Assembly (NCBI GenBank): GCA_964016885.1
Contig: OZ024745.1
Span: 115,506,001 to 115,570,000 of the forward strand
DNA length: 64,000 nucleotides
DNA from: Eledone cirrhosa
Lineage: Eukaryota
Direction of reading: 5' to 3'
Shown: piece by piece, positions 1-15,480 of the stretch
Layout: each line of letters begins with the position of its first letter
Position numbering within the stretch: position 1 is the first letter of the stretch
Made by a program: the position numbers and the translations under genes
Notes under the pieces: generated by a model
What the model was told of the DNA's origin: nothing
The model's input: the letters and a program-made list of their open reading frames with translations, nothing else
The model's database searches: none

Positions 1-171
1 GTTTACTATCTATTGTACCATGAAGCTTTACTGAATATACGACAAAATAGTTGAAACTTTCTTTATTACTATATATAGTATATTTTTACTATAAATTTAA
101 AGGTAATATCAGGAACAATTATCATTATTATTATCTCCAAAACATATCATTATTAATTTTCTATGAATATA

Positions 172-359
172 ATAATATAATTGTTTCTACTTTTAGCACA
201 AGGCCAGCAATTACCCAGTGCATTACTGGTACTTTATTTTATCGACCCCAGATGAAAGGCAAAGTTAACCTCGACGGGATTTGAACTCAGATTGGAAAGG
301 GCCGTAACTATATGCATCAAAGCATGGTGTCCGACCCTCTACCGATACTGCCAATCCAA
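172..359 (-). mobile_element. tRNA-derived SINE (family A)
   Basis: Minus strand reads A-box-like TGGCAGTATCGGTAG, B-box GAGTTCAAATCC, body ..GGGTCGATAAAATAAAGTACCAGT.., tail TAGAAACAATTAT; many copies in the window. Confidence 0.85.
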
Positions 360-1461
360 TAATATAATGCTTATAGAATGAAAATATAGGTCAACTGAAC
401 CACATAATTGTCAGCTCTGGTCATAGACAATCCAACCATAACCACCTTATCTTATATTCAAAATCAATATATTTAGGCTTATCCAATCTATCGTTGTTGT
501 AAAACAGAGGGGTGTGATTTGCGATAGTTTTAGCTGCTATTCGTAGCAGATCAAATAATTACATAGTGAGCGGGGATTAGCTCTGATTTCGTAGTCTAAA
601 GTGGATGAGAGATAATAGATCCCTTGAACAGAACACCGGTCTATTGCAAGCTACCAACCCAGATGATTTAGTACCCCTTTCTGACTACAAGGTGAACCAA
701 CCACGATGTTGGATAAAGTGTTTTGTTCAGAAATATAGTGAAACATCAATAGCAAATTTGAAATTTCGATCTAGACGTGGGTAACGGAATATGTTGTTGC
801 TTTTTTAGCAGAAAATTTGTATTATGTCATTATAGCAAGAAAGAGAATGTTTAATTAGCAGTGATAGCGGAAAAAGATGCTTTGTTGTATGGCAATGTTA
901 GCCGAAAAAGAATGTTTTGTAGCAGTAGATGTAACGTTATTGAAGTTAATAATTGTTGAAGGTTGTCACCACGAAAAGAGATGAATCTGTAACATGACTT
1001 GTTGGCAAGTGAGTTAGCGAAGTCAAATATTATACTCACTTGTTGTTGTGGTGATATATTACTACAGTAACGAGTCATTGCATTATCCATGTATCACTTT
1101 ATAGGTAGTTGGAGTGGACAAGCTTTGTCAAAGACACACAAACAGTACTGTGAATAGAATGCAGTTTGACAATCCCTTAGTTAGAAACTACTCATTCCTA
1201 ATGATTCAGCCAGATGAGATATTTAATGAGTTTTTCATTTTTCATTTATTTCTTTAAACATTGACATGTAATTTACACAACCAGACTTAGATATTGACCA
1301 CTGTTCTAGATATGGCTGCTACAGGCTGTTGTTTTGTGGTGGTGATGCAAAGTTATGTGAAATAATTATTAGTGCAATGACAACATGATGTTTATGTTTC
1401 CGTGTAATAGAGTAGTGTAGTATATTAGTGTATTGGAGTAATTTAATAATATATATGTATG

Positions 1462-1745
1462 CCCTGTAACTTCTAAGGGAGTCATATTTAGATACAGTGT
1501 TTAAATCTGGCGAGGCCCATCTCCTCTCCACGCCTGAATATAGCAGATTTCTTCCAGGGTGACAGTCAGGGGGTGAGAAAGAGGTAAAGCAGAATTGACC
1601 CCAGTACTTATCTAGTACTTTTTATCGGCCTCGAATGAAAGGCAAAGTTAACCTTGGCAGAATTTGAACTGAGAGAGCAGAAAGCTGTAAGGAATACCAT
1701 AAAGCATTCTATCTGACATTGTAATTACTCTGCCAATTCGCCACC
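1462..1745 (-). mobile_element. SINE family B (same head/body as family A, different tail)
   Basis: Shares AAAGGCAAAGTTAACC/TTTGAACT with family A plus a CAGCAGATTTCTTCCAG tail also seen near 17272, 30815, 46280 and 53085. Confidence 0.7.
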
Positions 1746-3337
1746 TATAACATATAAGTATAGTCTAGTCTAAAATAGCCTGATTCCAATATAGAAAGTG
1801 TTAAGCTCTCAACAAGCTGAAATAGATTCTCATTTAAAGCTACTTCACCTATGCTACTGGGACCCTGGGAAAGTGGTTCCTAAAATAATGGATCTTTCTA
1901 TCCAGTTCATAGTTTCAGTTTATTTTATGCGCATGTTAATTTCTACCTCAAAGTCATAACTTATTCAAATGCCATTTCCATACTAACCTTTGTTTATTGC
2001 TGTCACAGGTGTTTTTTTATATCTTTCTAGCAAGACTAGAAGACAGGGTATCACCATATATACTTCAGTTAATATCAGTTATTTTGCACTCTTGTTTCTA
2101 TTTGTCTACTGGGGAAAATACAATTGGTGTTATTTCTCGTTTTCAGAGCTCCTCCAAAAAGATTTCAGGACAAAGATTTGCATTCAAATAAAATATACCT
2201 TTGAGAATTGCTATTCTTAAAGAAATGTCAGTGAATTATTGATTTTATTGCAAGTAACTTTTTTAAAAATTCTATTACTTATTGTTTATCCAGTTCTACA
2301 GAAACTGATATATTCGATCTTGTCCAAAATGATCTGTAACTAATTATAAGTTATCGGACTACCAGCATGATAGATCCTACATCAGTTCTGAGATGCTGAA
2401 CATTCAGATGTTCCATCAACTGAACATCCTACTCATTAAATTAACATTTAAGTGGTTGAGTATTCCACAGATATATGTACCCTTAATGTTATTCTCAGGC
2501 AGAAATAGTGTAAAACTATGTAACAACACTGGACCTTTCACTTACAGATACAATCCAATTGAAAAGCTTCTACTCAGTTTCCATCAACCTAATTTCTCTC
2601 AGGGGCTGGGGTCTATGGTAAAAGACATATGCTTGATATGTAACACAATGGAGTCAAACCCAGCTATTTTTACATCTGTTATAACATGTGTTTCATTATA
2701 CATCTTTGCAAAACATTTATTTCTATTTGCCTTAATTTACTTTTAGTTATTACATATCTGAGTAAAATCTTTTTAAAGGACTACCATTTTATCTATTGTA
2801 GGAGGATTTACCTATTTATGGCTACAGTATTAAGGTGTGATTTGAAAGAATATTTCTATTTCTAGTAGATTGAGGAACTGCATAGAGACCCCCTATTGGG
2901 TGGATAGAAGTAATCATACATTTCAGATGAAGGTATTATTATTCTTTCACTTAGTGTGGCTCCTCAGTTTATTTTGGAAGCAAATCAAGCATCCCTTCAC
3001 GATGGTGATGGGAAATGTGGTGTGCTGTGAAATAAACACTAACTTACGTATTCCCTGTATTATTTCTACTCAGCTTAATCTGCAAATCCTACAGTTTTGA
3101 AGAGGTTAGCTTTCAACAAGATAAAATCAGTTCCCAGGTGAAATCGTTTACTTAAGCTGCTAATTTCTTTGCAAATAACATACATGCATGACATAGCACT
3201 CTAGTATTAAAACATATAATGGTTCTTTACATATACAAGGGGGCCTCTTTGCAAATGTCCATCATGCAAGAAACAACAGCCAAACACTACCCTTCCCATC
3301 CCATCATCTTAAAAATGAATAATTAAATAACACATTG

Positions 3338-3592
3338 GATATTGTTGTCCTACATGTGGTACAGTCACAGCTGAAAGGACCCTAGGTCTGATGACTACCA
3401 TTACCTCTATAACTATCATCAATATTGTTATCCTACATGTGGTACAGTCACAGCTGAAGGACCCTAGGTCTGATGACTACCATTACCTCTATAACTATCA
3501 TCAATATTGTTATCCTACATGTGGTACAGTCACAGCTGAAAGGACCCTAGGTCTGATGACTACCATTACCTCGATAACTATCATCAATATTG
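3338..3592. repeat. Tandem repeat, ~85-bp unit x3
   Basis: ATATTGTT.TCCTACATGTGGTACAGTCACAGCTGAA.GGACCCTAGGTCTGATGACTACC.. repeated three times. Confidence 0.9.
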
Positions 3593-3927
3593 GCTTCATT
3601 TATTGATGAAATAAATCAATGAGGCTTGAATATAGTTTAAAGTATAAAGTAGCAGGAGGTTCTCAAGTTAAACGATTTGTTTATAGTAAATCAATGACAT
3701 TACAAGGAACATGGGTTTAAACTGTCTGTACAACTTCAGATGATAGAATAGTTATGTAGAAAACTAACTGGAATTTATCATACAAGTAATTATGTGGTTT
3801 AGAGTACCAAGAACATGTATTGTTTTCTTTTAAACCAGCAAACTATGATCAAATGCATTACAGCTGTAATCATCTAACTTTTCAAAGTTAAGTAAGACAT
3901 TAACCAATGTCTTTTTCTTATTTAAAA

Positions 3928-4579
3928 CTAGCTGAGGTATTCGGCTTCGCCTGGGGAGAAGAATTAAGAGAAAACGACTGTATTGGATGTGTTGTCTGGT
4001 ATGAGGTGAGACCGTAATGTGTGTGTGTGAGAGAGACTTAAAAAAAAAACAATTATAAAACTTCCTTATTAGGCTGAGGGAGTTAACTGCCAGTTAAACG
4101 TTAGCATTGGCCTTGGATTTTAAATGTTGTGAAATAACCATAGTCAGTATGATCTTTTTCAGTTCCAAAGGATGTCATCTGAAACACAGCATTGTCATCT
4201 GAAACATAACATTGCTTCTGAAGTGTTTAGCTTCGTTAGTACGGTCTGTAAGTAGTATATAGATAAAAGCTAGAGGGTAAATCAATTTCAAATAGGATCA
4301 ATTTCTCTTTGGTCTGTAAAATCAAAGGCTGTAAAATGACTTTATAAAAGCTAACACAATATTGTTAAACATTCCTATAGATCAAAGGATCTAGTTTCTA
4401 GACTTTTGTGGGACGTTACTCTCTCTGAATATCTAACACTTTAATTGTATCTCTCTCTGTATAACGGCATATCTCTCTCTTTCTGCCTCTCACTATGTGT
4501 CTCTCTTTCTTTACATGTGTTAGTTTTCGTGTGATTCAACCGACCAATAAACATCTTTCTTTTATATCATATATATAGA
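3928..4579 (-). mobile_element. Non-autonomous Helitron
   Basis: Minus strand starts TC (4579) and ends with a GC-rich imperfect hairpin followed by CTAG (3928), inserted between A and T. Confidence 0.65.
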
Positions 4580-5135
4580 TGGCAGAGTGTGATATAAAAG
4601 TAACTTCACTGCTTGTTGTTAATGGTGGAAGTGTTGTTGTTGTTGTTTTCTGTAATTATATACATTTAAAACTGACACCACAAGGATTAAACTCCCTATT
4701 AGTAGCAGTATAATTTTGATAGTCATTTCTATTGAGGTTTCCTGTTCACTACTCAAGATTCAGAAGGGTAACTTGAGCGGAAAACAAAGGTTTATTAGAA
4801 TTAGAGTAGTGAGCTGTAACTGTTATTTACAAGTAGGTACTCTCAGGACTCAATCCTCCCACAACCCTGTTTATTAATTTTTCAGATTTAACTATATTAA
4901 CACTAATCTTAATTCTAACTCTAATCCTAACTTTAATTCTAACATTAACTCAATCAGACTCATCTTTCTTCTACTTCACAAACAAACAATAAACAAATAA
5001 TATATACTGTTTTTTAAACAAGTTTTATCTTGTTTATTGTATTTTATTATATTCTAGCTTCTCCTTCTCAACACTCTATAGCTTACTCTTCTTACCTTGA
5101 ACCGCACACACTACAAAAATATACACAACCCACCT

Positions 5136-6400
<1,265 letters not shown>

Positions 6401-6451
6401 AATTGTATACATGCATGTACGTTTGCAAGTATGTATATTTCCTTATACATT

Positions 6452-6457
6452 TTTAAT
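6452..6457 (-). promoter_or_regulatory. Candidate PDXK polyadenylation signal (ATTAAA)
   Basis: tttaat on + strand ~150 nt past the stop, just before the TA satellite. Confidence 0.35.
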
Positions 6458-6606
6458 GTTTTCCTTTGCAAAACATTCTCCAACATCTGCACTAAAATCA
6501 CAGCAGTCAAGGCACATTCGTTGCCTAGCACCTTTACCACAACTAAGATATTTCATTTTGTAGTTCATTGACAGTGTAGACCTTCCAATATAGTAGACAA
6601 TTTTCC

Positions 6607-6716
6607 TCATAAGGGTTCAGCATAATACAAAATTGTGGGGTCTTCCAACTCTTTCTTACATTGGATCAGTTTCAATTCAGTTGATCGAGGTTCTGAACAC
6701 TCTGCTGCTGTATTTG
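6607..6716 (-). CDS. PDXK: Pyridoxal kinase last exon (SNTAAECSEPRSTELKLIQCKKELEDPTILYYAEPL*)
   Basis: AG acceptor at 6718-6717, ELKLIQ..EDP C-terminal motif, TGA at 6609-6607; total CDS 906 nt in frame. Confidence 0.92.
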
Positions 6717-6730
6717 CTGAAAAAAGAATG

Positions 6731-6935
6731 GATGATGATGATAATAATAATTGTTTCTACGTTAGGCACAAGGCCAGCAATTACCCAGTACATTACTGGT
6801 ACTTTATTTTATCGACCCCGTAAGGATGAAAAGCAAAGTTAACCTTGGCGGGATTTGAACTCAGAATGGCAAGGGCCGTAACTCTATACGTCAAAGCATG
6901 GCGTCCGACCCTCTACCAATACTGCCAATCCACCA
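6731..6935 (-). mobile_element. SINE family A, full length
   Basis: A/B boxes, body and (ATT)n(ATC)n tail. Confidence 0.85.
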
Positions 6936-6949
6936 AATAATAATAAAAG

Positions 6950-7560
6950 AAAAGACTTCTCAATCTTAAATGAAATAGGAAAAAAAACAACAAAACTAAG
7001 AAGGGGAAAAAAATAAAAACACTAAAAAATATAACATAACAGAAAGGGAAATCCCAAACACTAAAGAAAGCCTAAAACAACAACTACTGTCGAAGGCACA
7101 AAGAATCCGGAGATATGAAGAGCACCAAAAGTTTTTACAACAAAATGAGCTGTTTCACTCCAACCCAAAACGACTCTACCAGATACTGTAGTCAAAGACC
7201 ACAAAGAAAAAAAAAGGCCTTCTGATAGATGTATCTATCCCCACAGACGACAATATATCTTCCAAGGAAATAGAGAAACTCTCTAAATATAAAGATCTCG
7301 AGATAGAAATAACACAAATGTGGAAATCAAAAACAATACTTATAATAATAGATGCTCTAGGAATGATAAAAAAACACACAGTGAAATACACAGCCGAAAC
7401 CCCAGAACTTACAAATATATACAGCATACAAAGATAGCATTACTAGGCACTGCACACACATTACGAAAAGTACTATCAATATGATATAAACATCAGCAAA
7501 AACTACACTGCTCATACCCAAGGTGCACAGAGCTGTGTTCGGTAAAGCAGTAATGATGCA
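6950..7560 (+). mobile_element. Degraded 3' end of a restriction-like-endonuclease non-LTR retrotransposon
   Basis: Plus frame reads ..PDTVVKDHKEKKGLLIDVSIPTDDNISSKEIEKLSKYKDLEIEITQMW..IIIDALG, the PD..D..K..KY pattern of REL domains. Confidence 0.7.
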
Positions 7561-7562
7561 CA

Positions 7563-8130
7563 ATAATAATAATAATAATTGTTTCTACTTTAGGCACAAG
7601 GCCAGCAATTACCCAGTGCATTACTGGTACTTTATTTTATCGACTCCGTAAGGATGAAAGGCAAAGTCAACCTCGGTGGGATTTGAACTCAGATCGTAAA
7701 GGGACGTAACTATGCTGATACTGCCAATGATTTCTAGGCACAAAGCCAGCAATTTTGGGGGAGAGGAAAGTCGATTCAATCAAGCCCAGTACTTACTGGT
7801 ACTTTATTATATCGACCCCATATGGATGAAAGTTAAAGCTACCCTCGGAGGGTTTTGAACTCAGAACATAAAGGCCATAACTATGCTTCGAAGCATATTA
7901 TCTGACACGCTATCACTACAGCCAACCCAAAACCCTAATAATAATAATTGTTTCTACTTTTGGCACAAGGCCAGCAATTACCCCAGTGCATTACTGGTAC
8001 TTTATTTTATCAACCCCGTAAGGATAAAAGGCAAAGCTAACCTCGGTGGGATTTGAACTCAGAACGTAAAGGGCCATAACTCTATGCTGCAAAGCATGGT
8101 ATCTGACGCCCCACCGATACCACCAATCTA
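7563..8130 (-). mobile_element. Three tandem SINE copies
   Basis: Three successive family-A-like bodies at ~7563, ~7731 and ~7937. Confidence 0.85.
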
Positions 8131-10375
8131 CATAATAGTAACAAGAACAATAATAACAATGTTTGTGTCATGGTAACACATTGGTCCGGCAAGCCAAAGG
8201 TGTGGGTGTCCGTGTCCCATGTACGTCAATACTCATCCTTTTTTTCCATTCAGAGGTTTTTTAAAATCCCAACTAACAGACTAATTTTATTTAGTCAAAT
8301 ACAGCGTAAGCACATGTTACAACCTATTAATAATAATTTCATTTATTTAACACCAGAGCATCAGATGATGGAGACATCACAAAGACATGTTACACAATGT
8401 GTGAGCTTTACATAGAAATCGGATGAGGGGAAGAATGCATTTATAGTATTATTCATATAAATTATTTAGATCTGTGCCTAAAGCTGATTGAGAAACCCCA
8501 GAAGCGCAGGTTCATTCTGACTTCCAAGGTGAGTGACTCCCCCAAATGCCATTATCTGACCTACAGGCATATAGTTTACGGTCATCTACTCTTTCTACTT
8601 TTGTTACTTTCACTCATCTTTTGAGTAATTTACTCAAGCAGAGCAACTTGCTCTCCACCTTCATCATCCGTAACAAGAAAAACTTTAAAAAGTTAGTGAG
8701 GGCTTGATTGAAGAGGAAGGGTTCTGTCTTTAGTTCTTTTAGCTGCCCCAATCAAACAACCTCGTTCCTTACAACCACCAGAAAGAAAAACACTGCCCAC
8801 ACTTCCAAGTTAAAGGAGGGCAGTAGAAGGATGTTCACAGTGGACTTGCTAAATAACAAGATCCATCGTACAGGTTACAAAAGTCAGCAATGCTTAGATA
8901 CTAAATGTGGGCATGCTAAATGATTTCATCAATCTGCAATCACCTCAAACTTAGCCATTTAACAACATTACCATACTTGTAGAGTTTCTCTCAGCACAGT
9001 AATGCCCCCTGTAGTATTGCCAAGTCAAGGATTTCTGGAAATTATCTATAGTCCCTGGGTTGAAAGTCCTCTGGAACAGACTAATTAGTTCATTGTTATC
9101 AATGCCTAAAGTTTCCCCAGGAGCATTGTTAATCTTCCCCTCTGCACCTCCATAGATTGCTAACCTGGAAGTTCCACTGATACAGTGTAGTGAGGGCTTG
9201 ACAACATTCAAGCGCCCAGGCACTTGGTCTTTGTTACTCAGGTCAAGAGGTGATCATATCTGTTCACAATCTAAGAAATTTTGTTAATTCCACAACTTAA
9301 ATGCATATCTTGCACATTATCAGCCATGGTATATTGAGCCTTTCGTGCAGAATGTGTGGATAGCAGGTAGATTGCTTGAGCAATCAAAGACATCCCTTCC
9401 ACAAGAAGGAGAGCAGGAGCTCCAATCTGGAGTAAGGCAGAAATTTTAGACAGTAATAATAATGTTAGCGTGGAAAATGGATGTGAAACAGTGACGAAGA
9501 TAACAATGTGCACATTTTGGGGTTTCGCTGCTAAAACCTATTATGGGTTATTTTTAGCTCTCTTATTACTATTGCTAATGGTTATACTATTGTTCTATGT
9601 GTGCTGCTTTTGTTGTTGTTGTGCTGTGTTGTTGGCAGCATTGCAAGCTTTCTGCTACATATGTCTCTTCCACTATAATATTTAATCTGAACACATTTGA
9701 GAGAACTATTATATCTAGAATCCTTTTGAGGATTTTAGGTTTTATGTGGATCAGGATCTCCAGCTCAACACCAGACTAGTTTTCTTCTTTGTGTTTTGTC
9801 CATGTCCAACAACATTTTCCTTCCCTCCATGATAACACATGCTGCCTCCTGCCACTGTAAATGAGGTTGGTGTTAGGAAGGGCATCCAGCTGTAGAAATC
9901 AAGCCAGAATCAGTTCCCGTCCCACCCTTGCAAGCAGGGAAAAGCGGACGTAAAATGAAATGATGAAAGGATGAAAAATGATATATATACATATCAATTA
10001 TTACACTAAACATGAACAAATGCAGTAAATTTAATCTACAAAATATTCTACAACAAAAATAGAATATTTTTAACCCTTTTCACACCAAATGCCCCTTGGT
10101 TCTAGAATACAATGCCATTTTAAAAAGTTTATATTTATAAAAAAAAAACCTTCCAACATAATTTTATGTAAGAATCTTTGCTAAGTTATGCTCTAAATAT
10201 CAGTTCAAATTCTTGATTATCTTCGAAATTATTTGAAAATAATAGTCATTGTCCTTCATTAGAAATATGATAGTGAAATGGTTGATGTAAGGAAATAAAA
10301 GAACACTTTTCTTCATAGTTCCAATAAGGTTATAAAGACTGACTAATGAAAGAAGCAAAAAGCAAGCAAACTTAC

Positions 10376-10439
10376 ATGATTTTGCAATTGTCTTATGAAT
10401 TACAAACTGTACTGTTGATACTGTTTTCTCAAGTGCAAT
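10376..10439 (-). CDS. PDXK: Pyridoxal kinase exon 9 (IALEKTVSTVQFVIHKTIAKS)
   Basis: 64 nt, AG/GT flanked, A.EKTVST motif. Confidence 0.92.
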
Positions 10440-10700
10440 CTACAAGAGAAAAGTAAAAAAGATTAAAAAGAAAAAAAAAAGAATCCTTCAAAACCTCAAA
10501 ACCAAAATTATATTTTCATATATCTGATATTTCATGTTTGTAAAGATAGCATCATAATAATAAATATTTCTAACACACATTTGGATCAACAGAACAATTG
10601 ATGAAATCGACCCCTTAACTGATATTTATTAACACTGAAAGGAGGAAGGCGAAGTTAAGTATGGCAGGATTTGAATTCAGAAAGTAAAGGGTCATAGTTA

Positions 10701-10857
10701 CCATATTTCCCGGTGCCGAAGACACTTCGTCCTTGAGGATGCACCTTAATTTTGACAACCAAAGATTTGAAAAAAAAATAATAAAAAACCTTCGGCATGG
10801 TAGATTTTTGAGACTTATTTTAGGAAAAAGTAGCGTCTTCGATGTCGGGAAATATGG
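10701..10857. mobile_element. Tc1/pogo-type MITE inserted in a SINE
   Basis: TIR CCATATTTCCCG..CGGGAAATATGG with TA target duplication. Confidence 0.75.
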
Positions 10858-11169
10858 TAAATACCAAACGGTATTTTATACTACAATGTTGCCCTTTAGT
10901 ATTTTCATGATTCCTAACATAAAGTCATATTTTATTGTGGGGTGAGTAATTGGCCGCCTCTCCTCCAGTTCATGACTGCTACTCAAATGAAAGGCAAAAA
11001 AGAAAGAAAAATTGAACTAGAGTTTGATGGAGGAAGGAATGTGTAGTAAAGTACTGCGACTAGAGGATGTGAAACAAAGTTGGTATGGGTGAAGGGAAGA
11101 AGCTGGTGTAATGTATAGGTTTTGGTATATGTGGTGGAAAGTTGGCAAGTTCAGAAGAGCAGACCTTCT

Positions 11170-11390
11170 AACAATGGTTTCTGATTTAAGCACAAGGCCA
11201 ACAATTTGTGGGGAGGGAGAAAGTCGATGAAAGTGACTCCAGTGTGTTACGGGTACTTTATTTTACTGACCCTGTAAGGGTGAAAGGCAAAGCTAACCTT
11301 GGCAGGATTTGAAATCAGACCGAAAAGGGCCATAACTTTATGCCAAAAAGAATGTTGCCTGATGCTCTCTACCAGTACGGCAAATCCACT
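11170..11390 (-). mobile_element. SINE (older copy)
   Basis: Family A/B body motifs. Confidence 0.75.
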
Positions 11391-11622
11391 GCCCTGGAAG
11401 TTGTAATAACAAAAAGACATGAAACAGTATATCAGTGGACCAATAATGGGTCATTTGTCCTGAGCTGGTATTTTCCATATTTCAGTGGCTTTGGTAGAAG
11501 AAACACAATGTTAAATTCTGAGAACAGAATGGAAAGTGGTCCTTAAACAATGATGATAATGATATATACAAAAATAATATACAATAACAAAAAATATATC
11601 TGACTGATATAAGAATATTTAC

Positions 11623-11741
11623 TTTTAAATCCTTATCTTTATGTAACCAAATTAACATGGATGCAGAGAATAGGTCACCAGTTCCAACAAAAATAGCATC
11701 AATATATGGAAACTCAATCTTGTAGCGTTCAACACCAGATT
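11623..11741 (-). CDS. PDXK: Pyridoxal kinase exon 8 (ESGVERYKIEFPYIDAIFVGTGDLFSASMLIWLHKDKDLK)
   Basis: 119 nt, AG/GT flanked, catalytic FVGTGDLF anion-hole motif of the ribokinase family. Confidence 0.96.
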
Positions 11742-11959
11742 CTGCAAAATTTAATTATACATCAATAACAATAATTTCTAGGAAATAATTTTTAACTATA
11801 GCACAAGGCCATAACTTTTAATGCTTTTTTATTGGGCTGCCTGCAAAGATGGAAAGCAAAGTTGACCATAGTTGAATTTAAATATAAAGTGACATAAAGT
11901 AATATAGCAAAACATTTTGTATTGAAAACATTGATAATATACAATCTCTTCATTGTATA

Positions 11960-12162
11960 TTAACCCTTTAGCATTTACATTATTCTATCTTTACTTTTGT
12001 ATTTTCACGGTAAAAGATTTATCTCACTTAATATCGAATCTATGAGATTTTGATATCTATTTTGTGAACAATACCTTAAAGTCGGTATGAGTGGTCAGTT
12101 ACACCTGGTTTGAACAGAAAGTGATGACAGAATTCTGGCCAGTTTAAATGTTAAAGGGTTAA
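11960..12162. mobile_element. piggyBac-like MITE
   Basis: TTAA-CCCTTTAGCATTT ... AAAGGG-TTAA ends; related copies near 12998-13178, 41005-41420 and 53790-54015. Confidence 0.75.
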
Positions 12163-13284
12163 TGAGATTCAACCTCTTCAGTGCTGATATTATGATAGAA
12201 TGTACTCAATACACTCTGTAAAGTAGTTGGTTGGTATTAAGAAGGAAAACCAGCTGTAGGTATCATGCCAAAAATGGAATGTACAAGTGAGACAGTTCTT
12301 TGACTCAAGAGGGAAGTAACTCTGAGTAAGAATTAAATCAGCTATGATAACCTGTCCAACCCATGCTGGCATGGAAGGTGGATGTAAAATGGCAATGATG
12401 ATTCAGTTATATTTTCTTTATTACTAACTCAGCCAAGTTAACTGAGTATTTGACAAAAAAGTCAACTGGTTGTTGTATCCTGTGACCAGTGCTGTTGTAG
12501 GTTCAGAATCTGAACTCTTCTCATTGGTTCAGTGAACATAGTTATAAATAAGTATCATAAATAGGTACATCTCCACTGAACCTTAAAAGAGCAAGAGAAC
12601 AATAGAATTACAATGGTTGGGTGAGGATCATTTGCTTGAAATATTGAATAGTTCAACATATTTGTTGAGTTTGAAGTACACAGGCTATGATTAAGAAGTC
12701 TGTGTTGGTCATTCTTATCATTGGATCTGATCACTTGTGTTAACACAGGCTCTATGTAATGGTTATTGCGTACACTTATGGTCCTTCTGTTATACAGATG
12801 AATATATCCTATGATCCTTGTATGTAGGTGTCTTCCATATATTGTGTATCTTTCCTCAATAGTATAGAGAAATAGAGAGACATCAAAGTCTGTACATGTG
12901 TAGAAACTAACTTGTATAGTAAAAGGAAAACAAAGTCTACACAGGAATTGCTACTTGGTTGCTTGTTCTGTTAGAAATAAGAGTTAAATATTATCTGTAA
13001 CCATTTAGCATTTAAACTGGCCGTATCTGACCAGAATTCTCTCACTGCTTGAACAGCCGTAATTGGCCATTCATACTGATGTTAAGGTATTGTTCTCAAA
13101 ATAAATTCTCATAGATTCAATATTATGTGAGATAAAGCTTTTACTATGAAAATAGAATAGTGAATGCTAAAGGGTTAAAATGGAAGGGGCATTAGATACA
13201 CCATGACTAAAAAAACAGGATAGTCAGTTGGAACAGCTTTGATTATGGGTCTTCATAGAGCTAACATGAGGCATATCAACATCA

Positions 13285-15480
13285 TTTGCATCCATGGGTT
13301 GGATGGGTCTTTTTCCAGCACAGCCTCTCTTTACCTGATGCATTTCTTTGTAATCCCATCTGTAAGGGTAAGTGATTTGAGATCACCTCTCACCACTTCA
13401 GCCTAGGTTTTGCTTGGTCTTCTTCTTTCATAGCTTCCTTCTACTGGAATTGCTTGGTACCTTTTCACCCAATGATCATCATCTATAAACATTACATGCC
13501 CATACCAACATAATCTTTTCTCCTGCATGCAACATCTGGTTACTCTGGTTTTAATTTTTCTCTTAGCTTCTCCCTGCTTTATCTTTTATGCACACTAGCA
13601 ATACACAACTATAGGAGCATGCTGGATGTATTTCTCTCTAGTCTTCACATATCCTCTGCATTTACTGCTCACATCTCACTACCATGCAGCATTGCACTAT
13701 GATTGCAGACATCATACAATCTGCCCTTTGCTCAGAAAGAAAATTCCTTTGTTGTCAAAAGCAGCAGTGGCTTACTCAACTTGTTCCATCTTGTTCTTAT
13801 TCTAGCTACTATGCTTTCAGAGAAATCTACTCCAATGTTAGTTAGGTGTCCCAGGTAATAAATGCTATTAATCACCTCTATGGAATCTTCCGTGGTTTGG
13901 AAAAAGTTTATTTCAATGGTATAACTCAGTGTATCTGCCACACACACAATCTATTTTTTCTATTAGCTTGCCTGCTATCTCACTATCTCTCTTGTGTGCT
14001 CATATTTTACAACATCTACACCATATAGAGTTCCTACCAATTATATTTCTACATAGTGAGCATGGCCACTTCCCTGATAGTATTAGAGCCTCATACACTT
14101 TCCTATTTACTAAAACTTTGGTCTTTGCTAAATTTATTCTGAGCCTTTTTGATACTAAGTTTCGTTTTCACAACAGGAATTTCTTTTCTAGCTCTTCCAC
14201 AGATTCAGCAATAAAAACCAGGTTGTCACCATATATAAGTTCCAATGGGCAGCAGGTTTTAAACACCTGATTTGGTTCAGAGAAATATAATGAACAGGAA
14301 TGGGCTAAGAACAAATCCCTGATAAACACCTACCTGCACACTGAGTTCTTCACTAAACCAATTACCTAGTCTCACTTTACTGACAGTGCCTTTGTGGCTT
14401 GCACTGCTCTCACAGTTCACTTATCCCCTCTCAATTTCCTTAAGGACTACCAGATAACAGATCCTGGTACTCTGTCAAAGGTCTTCTGCAAATCAACAAC
14501 AGCTTATTATAGCAGCCTATGCCTAGCCAGGAACATCTCTTGTAACTGTACCACTATGAAAAGGGCATTTGTGGTGCTCTTTCCTGGCACAAAACCAAAC
14601 TGCATCTCAACTAATTTCAATTTTCCCTTAATTAGTTTCTGCTAATACTCTCTATCACTTTCAAAACTTGATCCATCAGCTTAATGCCTATGTAGTTGCT
14701 TCTTTCTAAAGCAACAACTTGTCCTTGTAACAATGATTATACTGCTATGTCACTCATTGAGTATGATTCCATCTTGTATTACTTGATTGATTACATAAAT
14801 GACAAGTTTGACTCCTACTTCACCAGATGATTTCAGCATCTCTATGACTATCTCTGACATTTTAGCAGCTTTTCCATTTTTCTTCTCACGATTGCTTCTT
14901 TGGCTCTATAACTGTCAACTTTGATAGCCAGTCCCATTGTTGAGTCTCTGGGTGGTAATCTCTCTTCCTTCCATTCATTCACCATATTAATAAACCTCTC
15001 ATAGCACTTCCAGGCTTCTTTCTTTTGATCATCAGTAATGCTAAGTGCACCAGTGATAGACTGAACATACTTTTCCTCAACAAAATCCTGATTCACACTG
15101 ACACACTGCTTTGCAATGCAGCACATTTGATCCACACACCCCAGTACATTGGCAAACGATCCTCACACCCCAGTACATTGGCAAACCTCCTGTTTTCAAC
15201 ATCTTCATGTGCTGTGTAAACCTATCATCTAGCTTCTCTTTTTTAGCTACTTCATATTGCTCTCTGCCACCCCTATTTTCTAGCATTTTCATGGCTCTGT
15301 CCACAGTGCTATTCCACCTGACTGCTACCTTGCTCCACTCATATAACTTGTTAATAGTCAGCAACAGATTGTCACATAAAAAATGTCAATTGTTCTCTCC
15401 TGTCATATGTATTTATATCATCCTCCTCTTCTATATAACATGTCAAGCTTTTCAGAATCTAAAAACTAAAAGAAAAATTA
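13285..15480 (-). mobile_element. Degenerate RTE-type LINE (RT with PHD-like Cys/His insert)
   Basis: Broken frames resembling the better-preserved copies at 28660-29812 and 38430-39715 (SGKWPCS.C, ESIVARIRT.W). Confidence 0.75.

Noticed and set aside
3338-3592. CTGATGA and GAAA in each 85-bp unit suggesting tandem hammerheads
   Set aside because: Stems I and II cannot form in any permutation I tried
8700-9520. Moderately GC-rich stretch with short ORFs
   Set aside because: No recognisable motifs or consistent splice signals; probably an old repeat
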